From assembly GCA_031835245.2 (NCBI GenBank), contig JAVKOQ020000021.1, forward strand, positions 310,001-351,440: a stretch of 41,440 nt of DNA, given 5' to 3'. Of the stretch, positions 9,546 to 26,636 are shown one piece after another. The notes beneath the pieces are model-generated. The model had not been told where the DNA came from. It saw only the letters and a list, made by a program, of their open reading frames with translations, and ran no database searches. Origin of the DNA: Balamuthia mandrillaris (taxonomy: Eukaryota). Each line of letters starts with the position of its first letter. The first letter of the stretch is position 1. The translations under genes were made by a program, and so were the position numbers.

Positions 9546-11074
9546 TTTTGTTCGACAACTGATACAAACTGCGATCATTAAAGGATATTGTGATCATTCC
9601 AACCTATGTCGGGTTAGTAAAAGCAGACTACGACTACCAAGCATCTAGGGGAGAGGAGGATGAGATCTCTCTTCGCATCGGGGACATCATCTGGTTGATG
9701 GATAGGGATGAGTCGGATGAGTCCGGTTGGTGGAAAGGGGAGCTGCGAGGGGTGGTGGGGTTCTTTCCCAACACGTATGTCAGCGACTATAACTTTGAGT
9801 TTTTACGAAGAAGATTCAGCACTGCGACTTATCGTGCAGCCGCGGCAAACTACGCTCGTGCCTTGCAGCTCAATTCCACGGTGACGGACAAACTGCTGAT
9901 AGCGCAGCAAGGAAGGGAAGAGTCAGTGGCAGAGGAGGGTGAAATGAAGGCAGAAGGAGAAGGAGATGAAGAAGCTGTTGGTAAAAGCGCTTCAGCAAAA
10001 GAAGAAACAGAAAATGGAACAGTGGAGGGGAATGAGCAGGAAGAAGAGGAGGAGGAGGAGGAAGAGGAATATGAGGAACGTTATGAATCGCCACGAAACA
10101 AACTGCCTCCAAACAAACCTCTTCCTCCAATACCGCTGCCAGCTGTCCGACCGGACGTTCTTCCTCGTCCTTTGCCCTCCAGTTTGCTGCGAGAGATTGA
10201 AGAGAACAGGAAGGAGGGTGACGGCAGTATTCTTACAAATATTCCACCACCTCCCACTCCAGCCACCAACGAACCTGACTCTACCGGTATCGTTTTTGCC
10301 CTACGTTGTTCTTCACTTCATATCCTCTCTCTCTCTCTCTGTCTCTCTCTCTCTCTCTCCCTCTCTCTCCTCTCTCCTCAGCGTTGACTGCTGTTTAACC
10401 CAAAACATGCTGTTTCCTTAGAGGAAAATCAAAAACTTCAAAAAGAAAAGAAAAGAGAAGAGTTGATTCGTCGGCAAGCTGCCGCCTTGAAACTTAACTT
10501 CTCTCCAACGCTCTCTCGCCTCGCCAGCAGTCCGGTCCTGTCCTCCTCGGGCTCAAGCAATGCAAGCACGTCCATCGCACCGCCCAACAACAAATCTCCT
10601 TCTGTTTCTTCTCCTGCGCTAACCTCACCCATCTTCCAAAAACCAACTTCTGACACAAATAATGTACATTCACCGCCTACTTCACCTACTTCTTCATCAC
10701 CTTCTCATTCTCCGACTTCTTCCTCGCCCACTTCTTCCTCCCCACGAAGCAACCGATCAAGTCTCGCTGCTCCCCTTTTGGACTTCAACTGGTTGGCAGC
10801 TGAGCATGCCGAAGACTATTCCTCTTCTTCCTCTTCAGTCTCTGTAAGAGACCACATGCACTCCATCAACATTGGCATGAGGCGACTATCCACCGAGATG
10901 AATGACCTTGATGCGGAACTCACCCGACAACTAGAAGACTCAGAGGAAGAAGACGAACTATTGGGCGATCAGGATGAGGATGAAAATGAGATGATTTATG
11001 AGCCATTGACTGCAGATGAATGTATGCTTACTCTTCCTTTCCGCTCTCCTCTCCTCGTTTCTTTTAATAATTAT

Positions 11075-11129
<55 letters not shown>

Positions 11130-12663
11130 CTCTCTTTCTCCCTCTCTCATCTTATGTATGTATACAGTGGCCCAGCAAAGAAGGGAACGGGGAAGGCAGT
11201 CATCCTCTTCATCGAAACACACTAAAACTCGTAGCAACAACTCAGAGCTGGATGCTGGCGTTGAGGAGCGATTGCAAATAATATCTGGAGATAATAATAG
11301 CAAAGCAAAGCGCAGGGAACAAAGACTTCGCAGCAACAGTGCCTCCAAAGAAGAGCTGTCCCTCTCCACCGAATTGCTTCCATCCAACAGTGACCCAGTA
11401 ATTCTAGAACCGAATGGAGCTACCGACTTGAGCGGCGAGACCAACATGGATTCATTGACAAAGAAGCAACGCAGGAGGAGCGATGACATCCTCGAGATTA
11501 AACAGAAGGAAATGACTAAAGAGGAGCTTGCCAACGTGGTCGATCAAGCCATTCCAGAGGAAGTGCAACCACAACAAAAACAAGATGCACAGCAGCGCCA
11601 GCCACAACCTCCTGATCTTTCTTCGCCATCAGCATCAGCGTCCTCGTTATCATCATCAGCAACTCAGATACGTGGTAGATCGAGCTCACGTCCAACTCCC
11701 AACAACAACATCAACTCCAAAGACAACTCGCGAAGGAGAAGTAGGAGCCAAGATCGTAGGCACAGGCACAGCATGGAGGTAAATAAACGAGACAAGATGT
11801 GGCTAGACAAAAAGCTGAGTGCTGCTTCGTTGTTGGACCAAAGAGAAGTCAGCAGGACTTCTTCTTTACCCAGTGCTTCCGCCTCTTCTACTACTATAAG
11901 TGCAGTATCTTCTTCGACTTCATCTTCTGCTTATATTCGAGCTCAAAAGAAAGGAAATCTGAAAGAGAGAAGCAACAGCGGCAACAACGTCAACACGAGC
12001 AATAACACCAGCAACAACAAAAGAGGAAAGGATAATGTGACCGACTCAAATGCAGTTGTGTCGCTGGAAACGTTGAACGAACAGAGAAAGCGGATGGAAG
12101 AGGAAGTGAAGATGAAGGAAAGAGAATTGCAAAAGATCAAAGACATTAGGGAACAATTCGAACAAAGACGAAAGGAGGCAGAGCTACGAAGAAGAGAGGC
12201 AGCTCTCTTTGGAGGATCCTTGTCCTTCCAGGAGGAAGACGGCGCTTCTCCCATGCGTGGCAGGAGAAGGGTCGTTACACCAACTTCTTCCTCTTCTTCC
12301 TTGACCAGAATCCGAGATAAAGATTGGAGGAAGGAAGGCAATGATAGCGTTAACAAGGACCTTAGAGACAGGACATTCTCGGAAAGGGAGCGGCAGAAAG
12401 AGAAGAAAGGAGGAGCGAAGAAAGAGAAAGACAGAGAAAGATACAAGGAACATTCGGAGAAAGAAGCCAAAGATAGCGACACGCAGAAAACAAAAGAGGA
12501 ACTGAAATCGGAAATTGCTCGAATGGAGGCCGAATTGAACGCGGAACGAGAAATGAGGAAGAAGCTGGAGGAAAGCACTCTCAACATGGCCAAGGACGTG
12601 GACCAGCTCAAGAACCTCGTGGCCCTGCTCGTTCAGGACAAATCAAAGCCACAGGATGGTTGA
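8366..12663 (+). CDS. RhoGAP + SH3 domain protein with long low-complexity and coiled-coil C-terminus (multi-exon; true 5' end uncertain)
   Basis: Spliced RhoGAP at about 8625-9502: LFRIPLE...VPPFIEKL...ALGVEGIFRISG (arginine finger)...SLLKMFVRELPDPLF...ENKMIVNSLATVFGPNIIRP. SH3 at about 9604-9790: KADYDYQASRGEEDEISLRIGDII...GWWKGELRGVVGFFPNTYV. PxxP motifs follow; last exon ends at TGA 12663. An acceptor near 8338 suggests a possible upstream exon. Confidence 0.9.
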
Positions 12664-12699
12664 GAGTGAAAACCGCCATTTTGGTGGCTTTCCAAGTTT

Positions 12700-12782
12700 T
12701 GTCGACATTAAATGTTTTACTGGGTCGACCCGGTATCATTTCGAGATCTTGTCGACACCGTGACGTAGTAATTTTGTCGACA
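12700..12782. promoter_or_regulatory. Cluster of four GTCGAC palindromes (three TGTCGACA, one GGGTCGACCC) upstream of ATG 12842
   Basis: GTCGAC at 12701, 12724, 12751 and 12776 in a 178-bp intergenic gap. Regulatory role is inferred. Confidence 0.5.
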
Positions 12783-12841
12783 GTTGCAGACACGAAAGAA
12801 AGCCACAAAAGAAAAGAAAAGGAAAAAAAGGGTACAAGCAG

Positions 12842-15230
12842 ATGCAGTTATCCTGTCCTTGCTCCAACCTTACCCTCCACTTAACGGGGACCCCAGAACC
12901 ATTGGAGAATGCAAAGCTCTTGAGATCCGCATCTGATCCTTCGTCGTCCGTATTTTCAAAAGTAGGGAGGGGTCTCCTCGGTCTCGGCGGCATTACTCAG
13001 GTTTTCTTTTCTTCCTCTTCTCCTTCCTTTTCTTCTTCTTGTTCTTCTTCTTCTTGTTCTTGTTCTTCTTCTTCTTCTTCTTCTTCTTCTTCTTCTTCTT
13101 CTTGGTTTTTATCTGACCAACAAACACAAAGTAGAAATTGGAATATTTGACGAGTACATCTCGAAGTTTTCATCTTTATCAAACAGAGCAAGAAGGAGAA
13201 GAAGAACCACAACAACAGCAAGTGATAGCCAAAAAATGTTTGGGCTGCAACATGTGGGTCTATGCTGTGTCTTCGTTGGCGGAGGACAAGGAGAAGAAGA
13301 GACGGCACTCGATGGAGGACGGCAGCAGCCTTATACAGCAGCAAGAAGAGGTTTGGGTGGACATGGCCTTGGTGGAGTCTGGGTCCCAAATGAAGAGCAT
13401 TGAAGAGGACCCGTCTTACTCGCCTTGCTTCCGTTTGTTACTTTCCACAAACTCTGAAGTACGTTGTTCATGTTCTTCTAATTCTTGTTCTTTTGTTGTT
13501 GTTGTTCTTTGGCATTTGCAGCTTCTGCTGCTTCTTCGTCGTTCTGCTTCTCCTTCTCTTTCTTCTCCTCGTTACTTCTATTTTTTACTGATCCCATTAA
13601 AGTCAAGAGCACCAAGCCCAACGTTTTTATCAGGTATTGCCTTTTGACCATGTATTCTTCTGCTCCTTTGCAAAGACTGATACCAAGCTTTTATTATTGA
13701 TTAATAAAGGGCAACGCCTGTCCATGCATCCCGATGCTTACCTCCTGGAGCAACACGTGCAAACGCACATCACAAAACAAACGCAGCTCATGGAAGAAAG
13801 GATAAAGTACAGCACCTCTTTTCTCTTTTTACCCCTTATTCTCTTGTATCAGCTAGATTTGACAGTATCTATAGGGAGTTTATAGAGAAGGAAAAACAGC
13901 AGCTTAAAGAACTGGAGAACCGGGCCAACGAAGACAAACTGCTAGTTCTTTCATTGCATCTGCAAAACAAGGAGACAGCTCCAAATACCAAGAGCATAAC
14001 AGAACCAGTACCTCTTCAGAAGACCCAATCTAGTTCTCAGGTTTCACCTCGTTCTTATATGCTTGTTCTTGTTCTTGTTCTTTTCTTGTTCTTGTTCTTG
14101 TTCTTGTTCTTGTTCTTGTTCTTGTTCTTGTTCTTGTTCTTGTTCTTCTTCTTGTTCTTGTTCTTCTTCTTGTTCTTGTTCTTCTTAGACTTATTCTTCT
14201 TTTCCACATTCTTCTTCTTCTTCTTCTTATGCCGCTTCTTCTTCTCCTCCTGCTTGCTTTTTCCTTTTCTTCTAAACCTGAATTTGTCCGTGCAGCTATG
14301 GATGAGCCTAAAGAACGACTTGATAAGCACAGCATCAGCGCTCAGCGAAAGGACGCATATCTCAACAGGCGCTGGCTTTCTTCACAGGTCCACCGACGAA
14401 GGAGGCAGTGGAAGTGAAAGTGAAAACAACTCTCCACAGTGGGTCAGAACGAACAGTGGTAATGGTGAGCAAAAAACAAGCAACATTGAAGGCCCTACAA
14501 CGGTTCCTGTAGTCGCTGCAACAGCCCCAACCAAGATGCATCTTCCTTCAAAGTTGTTCGAACAGAGGAACGCAAACGGAGGAAAGGAAAAAGAAAAAGA
14601 TAACGTACCAAACACGACTATCCCAAAAACCTCAGCAAAAGAAAAGAAGCAGCAAGGAGAAGGTGGAGAGTTGCCCTCTATCTTCAGTTTTGAGGACGAA
14701 GAATTAGAACTCGACACAAATGAAAACGAAATTGTTGACGAAGAAGAAGAGGAAGAGGAGGAAGAAGAGGAAGAGGAGAAAGCAACCTCCAGAGAGGGTA
14801 AAGGTGGCGTTCGAATGAGACGACTTCACACAACTTCACAAGACACACAAAACAACAACACGAACGCGAATGATAGCAACGCGCTGCCCTACGGCACCTC
14901 CCTCCCCGTTGCCATTCTTCTCCCTTCGTTGCAACAAAGAAGACGATCCTCTGGCGCTGGTGGAAGAAGTGTTACGCATAGATCTGTTTCGGACTGGAGT
15001 GATGCTGTGGCCGATGTGGATGACGGCATATCTTCCGATCGGAACAGTGACAAAGTACGTCCTTTATTATTTTATATTCCGTTTTGTTGTGTGCGGATGA
15101 ATGTTTGAATTCTATACTCTATGCTATACTTATTGGTGCTCAAAAATATTGCTAGTTCATTGTTCCGCATGAATACTCGAAGAGCGTGCGACCACCCAGC
15201 GAGTTGGACAAATTGTTGGACCGACCTTAA
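12842..15230 (+). CDS. PRAS40/Lobe (AKT1S1)-like protein, multi-exon
   Basis: Seven exons join in frame (introns start at 13001, 13459, 13634, about 13807, 14041, about 15055): N-terminal CPCSN...GLGGI...KCLGCNMWVYA...YSPCFRLLL, coiled coil MEERIKEFIEKEKQQLKELENRANEDK, TOS-like IFSFEDEE, YGTSLPVAI, terminal FIVPHEYSKSV...*. The gene model is solid; the family call rests on remembered motif order. Confidence 0.65.
14062..14228 (+). repeat. Intronic (TTCTTG)n/(TTC)n microsatellite
   Basis: Direct reading; lies inside the intron starting at 14041. Confidence 0.9.
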
Positions 15231-15846
15231 CCAACAAAAAAGAACGTGCTTCCCCTCCTCTTCGGTCAAAACAAACACGACCGCCCGCTTTTTCTTTTTC
15301 TCTCCTCTTTCTCTCTCTCCTGTGTGTGAATAATAAATGATTATTGGACCAGTTTTTTTCTGAATTCTGATAGGCGAGTCGACCAGATCAATGCTCCTCA
15401 AGCATTACAGATCTCCATCGAAAACCCTCGCGCGCCCCGCAATTTTTGCTGTAGCCTGTCGGTGGTGTTCGCACAAAAAAAAAAGAAGGAAAAGAAGAAC
15501 AAGTAGAACAGCTGGGTAGCGAGCAGCAAGGCCACTTTTTTTTTTTTTTTACAAAAAAAAAAACCCCAACCACCTCCCTACCACCTTCTGCCTTCCCGCC
15601 CCCGCCCCACACTCTTCTTTTTTTTCTGGAAGGAAGGGAGTTGGTTTTTTTTTTGCTCTCTCAGGTCATATAACTCATTTTGATCCGGTCTTTTGTTTTT
15701 TTTAATTTTTTGGTGGTGGAACAACGAAAACAAAAAAGAGAGACCAAAGTAAGATTTTGGAGCTGTGGGTTTGGTTTGGGTTGGATGAGAAGGAGGGCAG
15801 AAGTTAACGAAAGCAGTGGTAGTACGGGAAGAAAGGAACAAACAGG

Positions 15847-18800
15847 ATGGAAGATTGGGACGAAGCGGAGAGAGCGTGGCAAGCCCAAGTACAACAACAG
15901 TTAGCCGAGCTACAAGGAGGAGGTGAATACGAAGGTGTGCCGTTGCTTCTTTCTCTCTCTCTCTTTCTCTCCACCTCTATTCTCTCTTCTCTTTATCATT
16001 ATTTGTTGTTTTGCTTACAATCAAAAAAAAAGGAGGCGAAGAAGACGAGGATGAGGACGAGTTTGAAAGGGCGTGGCGAGCCGCCGTTCAAGCTCAAATA
16101 CAACAACAAGAAGATGGTTCGTTCTTTGCTTTCCTTCTTTTTTTGTTACCAACAAAAAAAAGAACCTAACTTGTTGTTCCGTTTCTTAACAATTACAACA
16201 GCGGAGCTGACTGACTTGATGATGGACGAAGAGGAAAGAGCTCACTATGAGAAACTGTACAGTAACACCCGCCAAAACGCAGAGAGCACCATCAACTACT
16301 CCAAAGCTGACGAATTGAATCGACAAAGGCAACCCTCTCTTTCCTTCTATTCTTTTTGTCTCTTTTTTTTTCCAACTTTTGCTCTGCTTCCCTTTCTCTT
16401 GTTCTCTCGTTCTCTGCTTCTTGCTCTTGCCGTTCTGCTTCTTCTCTTTAGTCGCTTTTCTAGTTGTTTTTGTGTTACCTTCTTGTCGTTTTTAGTATTT
16501 ATTTCGTTTTTTCGAAGGAGATGTTAACTTTGTGTGATTGTTTAAATAATAAATAGATGGGAATTGATGAGGCACCAAAAGGACTACGCGGCTGGTATGA
16601 GGGAACTTCGCAAGTCGGCCGCCTGTTTGGATATCATCATGCTCAATATGGGTCTCAAAGGAGAGAATGACCGTAAGACTTCTCTCCTTTCTTCATTTGT
16701 AATAGTGCTACGTTAACGTAACAACAAATGCAGGCGGCGGAGCTGTTTTAAAAGGAGGTATATTGCGGAAACAAATGGACATGGTTCAGATAGACAAGCG
16801 AATGACTCTTCGGATGACCAATAAAACGCGTCCGCGAGTTCGCTCGCCGTTTCTACCTGGTCCCACCAAAAAGTCTGTCATATTTAAATTAACGGCCGAA
16901 CAAGAACAAAGGTTCTCTTTTGTTTTCTGATCATTTTTTTCTGTTCATAAGAATCGGCAAAAAAACTCATGCATGATCAAATGGACAGTGTACAAGAGAA
17001 AGAGTTCCTGGAAGAGCAATTCAGATTGATGTATGAGCACGCAATGGCACAGGAAGCACAACAGCAACTGCCACTGGATATCAAAACGCCCGACGACGAG
17101 GAATTCCTCAAGATGTCAATTCAATTCATCGAAGACTACACAGAGGAAGAACGGAGAATGCAGGAAGAGAGCGAAAAGATCCGACAAATGGAGGAGCAAG
17201 TACGAAGACTGGAAATGGAACTGGCGGCAGAGGAACAAGCGTTGAAGAAAGTAGAAGGAGGGGAGGCAAAAGCAGATGCAGTGCAACAAGAAAACAATAA
17301 AAAAGAGAAGAGCGAAGCGACTGTCAGCGCGGAGGAGGCTTTAGCGGCAGAGGAAGTCGCAGCGGCAGAAGCGGAAGCCACCAACTCGAAACTGGCAAAG
17401 AAAGTGAAGCGCGGCACGAAAGGTTTCGAGGGCGAATTCATGGCAGAAGTGCATCGACTATTGCAGGAAGACGATAGAAAACGTGCCGCTGCCGCTGCTG
17501 CAAGTGGAGAAGGAGAAGAACAATTAACTGTTGACAATGAAAAGAAAGAAGAAGGAGAACAGAAGAATGAAGGAAATGACGTGGCTGATTACCAAACGCG
17601 GTTGGAGGCAAGAATCAAAAGAGGAACGAAAGGCTTTGGCGGAGAATTTATAACGCAGGTACACGACATGTTGGAGAAGGACGAGGAAGAAAAGGCACAG
17701 TCAAAGAAAGAGAAAGCTGAGCAGCCAGCCCAAACGGCGGAGAGAAATCTGACGCCAGAGGAGGCAGCAGAAGAGGAAGAGATTAAAGCGCGCTTGCGTC
17801 GAGCAAACACCTTGGAAGAAAGAATCAAGAGAGGAACAAAAGGTCTTACCGGCGAATTCATCAATCAAGTACACGAAATGTTGGAAAATGACGACGAAGA
17901 CGATGACGATGATGATGACGACGATGATGACGAAAAACAACCAGGCCCTCCTGCGCCTGTTTCCCACAACCTTATTGGCAGACCGGGTCGTTCCGGAAGA
18001 TGGGTCCGCGATCCTCCTCCAGGTGGAGCAGATCCTTCACAGCCAACGTCACCACGAAGTGCGGCAGCTGCTGCCGCTCAACAGCCGAAACCAGCGTCAC
18101 CAAGAAGCGCCACTAGAGGTCCTCCCCCCAAGGTTCCTCCTCGAAGCGCCATGGCCTCTGTAGGCCTTCACAGCAGCCCCGTTCAAGACCTACTGCAAAA
18201 GGAAGAGCAACGACAGCAGACGGTGCACCTCCAGCCGAAGACTGTAGCTGTTCCCATTGCTGCTGCCTCTGCCAAGAAGGGTCGCACCCAATCGAGTGCC
18301 CCTGCTCTCCAAACCCCTGCTTCTCCTGCTTCTACCACTGCCGCTGGGTCATCTCCCTCGCGGGCTGAACAGCTGAAACAAATAGGAGGAGGAAGCGGAG
18401 GAGGAGCTCATGTAAGCCGCCTTCGCAGCAGACCAAGAGCCAGCGCCACCTCCGAAACTTTCTCTCCCCCTTCCCCTGAATCTTCTCCTCGTTCTCCTGC
18501 TTCTTCTCCTCGTTCTTCTTCGCCTCGTTCTTCTTCTTCACCTCGTTCTACTTCTCCTCGCTCCGCTCCTTCTGCCACCACCACTCCTTCATCACCAGGA
18601 AGCAAACGACATAACACTATTCCTTCTCCCGCAAAAACCAGCACCGACACTAACGCGTCTTCTCCACGCTCTCCTGCTGCTGCCCCTTCTTCGGGTCCTA
18701 CCAAGAAACAACCGGTGTGGGCTGCTTCGGTGGGCCATCGCATCTCGTTGTTCGAGCAAAAGGACGAGGAGGAGAAGCAGAAGAGCATCGAGTATCAGAG

Positions 18801-18906
18801 AAGTCAGGCCAGGAGGCAACGGTTGGACAACGCCAGAGAACTCATTCTCGCCAAAGGTGGACAGATGTTGGCCGCCAGCAAAGGAGGCAGCTTCCGTGCC
18901 AAGTGA
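15847..18906 (+). CDS. Large acidic coiled-coil and Ser/Pro-rich protein with three KRGTKG-x-x-GEF repeats; function unknown
   Basis: ATG 15847 (MEDWDEAERAWQAQVQQQ); short exons join in frame through GT-AG introns and one GC-AG intron (16329-16556) to the large final exon ending at TGA 18906. Confidence 0.8.
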
Positions 18907-19177
18907 TTGCCCCCCTTTTTTTTACACTGTGCGGCGGGGTGCTTGTTTTTATTATCGTTTTGTTGTTTTTGTGGCTTGTTATTTAAAAAAAATAGTAGTT
19001 TGGTTTGTAAAACACGACGAAGGCGACATTTGAAAAAAAAAAAAACAGAACCAACAGCAAACGTTATAAGGTGTTAGAATGACTTGATTAATTTGTTTGG
19101 TAATGTTTTCTAATACAACACATAAAGAAGAGAAGAAAAAAAGGTTACACAAGGCCATATTTTCCTCCATCTTTTCT

Positions 19178-20056
19178 TTACTTGAAGAAATCCAGCTTCT
19201 CTTTCAGCCACGTCTCCGTCATTTTCTCAGGATCCTCCACCGACAACAACTAACGAACAAAATGCGATTAGGTGATGATAAAAAGATAGAAGCAGATGGA
19301 GAGAGAGAGAGAGAGAGAGAGAGACGCAAGAGAAAGAAGAGAAAGAGTAACATAGAAAGAGAACCTTTTGGACTTGAAGAGCCTCAACAATAATAGGCTT
19401 GGTGGAAGCGTAGAGAATGTTGAGCTTGGTGTTGATACCAGGAGGGCAGTAGTAGATGAAGACCAACGGGTAGGACACTCGGCCATCGGTGTGCTCCCAT
19501 TTGTAACTTGGAGAGCGCCATCAATGATGGGAAACGACAAAAACAAAAAAAAGGTAGCGCACCTGTAAGCGATGTAGCGAGGGGCAGAGGGCGGCAGCTC
19601 AGCGGCGATTTGCTCAATGCTAATATTGTCGCTGGTGTAGTCCACCACCACTTCCAAGGACTTGGGATTGATTTTCACTGTTAGCGGAGAGAGAGAGCGC
19701 GCGAGAAGAAATGTCTTTGAGAGTTTGATCGTAAGGTGTAAGGCAGAGCGAGACTTACTGACGAAGCAGTGGTTAGCTTGGTCCTTGGAGGTCTTGAACT
19801 TGAGGAACTGATCCTTGATCTCATCGGGGATCTTGCAAGTGGTAGTCTGGCCACCTTGTTGCTATTTTAAATCAAACAGTGTTTTGTTTTTTTTTTTTTT
19901 AAAGAAGTGCAAACAAACAAGCTAGAAACGTAACGAAAACTTTCAAGACAATATCAAAAATTAAACCAAAAAAAAATGCGAGAGTGTACAATGAGCGCCA
20001 TATAAACGCGACCCAACAAAAAAACAAACAAACTCACGTACGGGTAATTGTTGCAT
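19178..20056 (-). CDS. GMF: Glia maturation factor (ADF-H family, Arp2/3 debranching factor)
   Basis: Spliced: MQQLP|TTTCKIPDEIKDQFLKFK...|KINPKSLEVVVD...IAAELPPSAPRYIAY|SYKWEHTDGRVSYPLVFIYYCPPGINTKLNILYASTK...|...EKMTETWLKEKLDFFK*. DGRVSYPL and W-L-x-x-K-L are GMF signatures. Confidence 0.93.
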
Positions 20057-20259
20057 CCACATTGTGTTTGGCTATAAGATTTTTTTGGTGGTTTCCACGG
20101 TGAAGAATGAATTACCTGGCTGCTGCTGCTGCTGTTTGTCTTCTCCGCCGCCGTTTTCCTTTTTCCTTTTTCCTTTTTCCTTTTTTTTTTTGCAATTTTA
20201 CCGGACGAGGGTTCGAAGTGCTGATGTCACCGATTGCCCTAGATCACGTGGATGCCAGA

Positions 20260-20273
20260 TCATGTCGACATGA
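20260..20273. promoter_or_regulatory. 14-bp perfect palindrome TCATGTCGACATGA in the GMF/SDR divergent promoter
   Basis: Direct reading; 40 bp upstream of the SDR ATG. Function inferred. Confidence 0.4.
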
Positions 20274-20312
20274 ATTCGATATAAGATCACAACAAGAACG
20301 AAAGAAAGAAGA

Positions 20313-21552
20313 ATGAGCAGCGGCAACAAGGACGGCGTCAATGTGGAGTCCCTGTTTTCGGTCAAGGACAAGGTTGGTTGTCTGCGTGTGTGTGTGACTG
20401 TTGTTGCATAAAGTTTTCTTCCTTTTTGGCCAAAAAAAAGAGGAAGGTTCGCTGAACAGATTTAATGCGCAGGTTGTCCTGGTCACCGGTGGAGGGCGTG
20501 GCATTGGAGAGATGATCGCGGAGGGCTTTGTGGCCAATGGTGCTAAGGTCTACATATGTTCTCGCAACCATAAGGCCTGCTCCGATGTGGCAAAGGAACT
20601 CACAGCCCGAGGCCCTGGTCGCTGCTACCCCATCGGACAAGATGGTCTCTCTCCTCTGCTTCTCGTCTTCTATGTGATTTGCTTCTCGTTCTATGCTTCT
20701 CTCTCTCTCTCTCTTGTCTATGCTTATCTTTCTTCTCTTTCAACAACCTTTCTTTCTTCTAACCTATATTTCATATTTGCGTATGATGGTGGCAGGTTTG
20801 GACCTGTCGCAGGTGTCTCACTGCGAAGCAGTGGCGCAGTTGCTGAAGGAAAAGGAGGGAAAGCTGGACGTGCTCGTCAACAACTCGGGTTGCACGTGGG
20901 GGGAGCCTATGGAGCAGTACCAGGAGAAAGGTTGGGATAAGGTCATGAACCTCAACGTGAAGGGCGTGTTTTACCTCACTCGGGCGTGCCTTCCCTTGCT
21001 CCTGGCCTCTGCTACTCCTGAAAACCCTGCTCGTGTCATCAACGTTGGTTCCATCGCAGGTTGTATCTCGTTATCCTGCTCTGCTCTCCTTCGTGGTTTG
21101 AGAGAGAGAGAGAGAGAGAGAGAGAGGCTATCACCCCCAAAATAACTTCCTCTTTTGACCCACGAACCATCTCTATCATTCTTCCCACAGGAATAAACCC
21201 ACAAGTGATCCCCACTTACGCCTACGACAGCAGCAAGGCAGCAGTGCACATGCTAACGAGGAAGCTCGCCAAGGACCTGGCCGCTCGCCACATTACCGTC
21301 AACGCGATAGCGCCAGGATTCGTGCCCAGCAAGATGAGCGACCAGATTCTCACCTACATGAGCGAGGAGAGGATTAAGGACATGATCCCGCTGGGTCGCC
21401 TGGGTCGCCCCTCCGACATCGCTGGGGCTTGCTTGTATTTGGCGAGCAGGGCGGCTGCTTGGACCACCGCCATCATATTGCCGGTGGAGGGCGGCGCTGC
21501 TGTTAGTCCTACCCCTGAAAGTGCCGCTAGGCTGATGCAGGCGAATCTCTAA
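20313..21552 (+). CDS. Classical short-chain dehydrogenase/reductase (RhlG-like), possibly peroxisomal
   Basis: Four exons: LFSVKDK|VVLVTGGGRGIG (TGxxxGxG), LDVLVNNSG, INVGSIAG, YDSSK (YxxxK), VNAIAPG, IPLGRLG; ends -ANL*, a PTS1-like tripeptide. Confidence 0.95.
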
Positions 21553-21635
21553 CTATCCTTATCTCTTTCTTCTTAATAATTATTTAATGCACACGCGAGT
21601 GCAGATAGGGTGGGAGAAGGTAAATTGGTGGCTGT

Positions 21636-26318
<4,683 letters not shown>

Positions 26319-26527
26319 GTCCTCCTCTGCTACGCAATCCCGCTCCGATGCAGCAACCTTCGTTTGTGTATTTCAGACTGTGCAAAGGGAAAAAAAGGAG
26401 AGGAAGGGGGGACAAGGAGAGGGGCGGATAGATAGAAACCTTTTTAATCGTCAATAACTCTCTTTGGTTTTCACGTCTCTTCCCGCTTTCTTCTTCATGC
26501 ATGCAAACACCTGAGGGGCTGAAAGAA

Positions 26528-26636
26528 AATTTTCATGAGGGGTCATTTCGTTTCCTGTTGATGTCCATGAATTTTCATGAGGAGTAAGTGTCGACAATGA
26601 ACAGCAATGATGTCACCAAAGCGGAGTATGTCGACA
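26528..26636. promoter_or_regulatory. MARCH6/Tudor-SN divergent promoter with a 13-bp direct repeat AATTTTCATGAGG (26528, 26570) and two TGTCGACA (26589, 26629)
   Basis: Direct reading; function inferred from position. Confidence 0.4.

Noticed and set aside
12700..12782. Regularly spaced palindromes as a mini CRISPR array
   Set aside because: Repeats are only 6-10 bp, spacers under 20 bp, no cas genes, eukaryotic context.
12736..12993. Minus-strand ORF MPPRPRRPLP
   Set aside because: Overlaps exon 1 of the plus-strand gene, whose splice sites and intron polarity are consistent.
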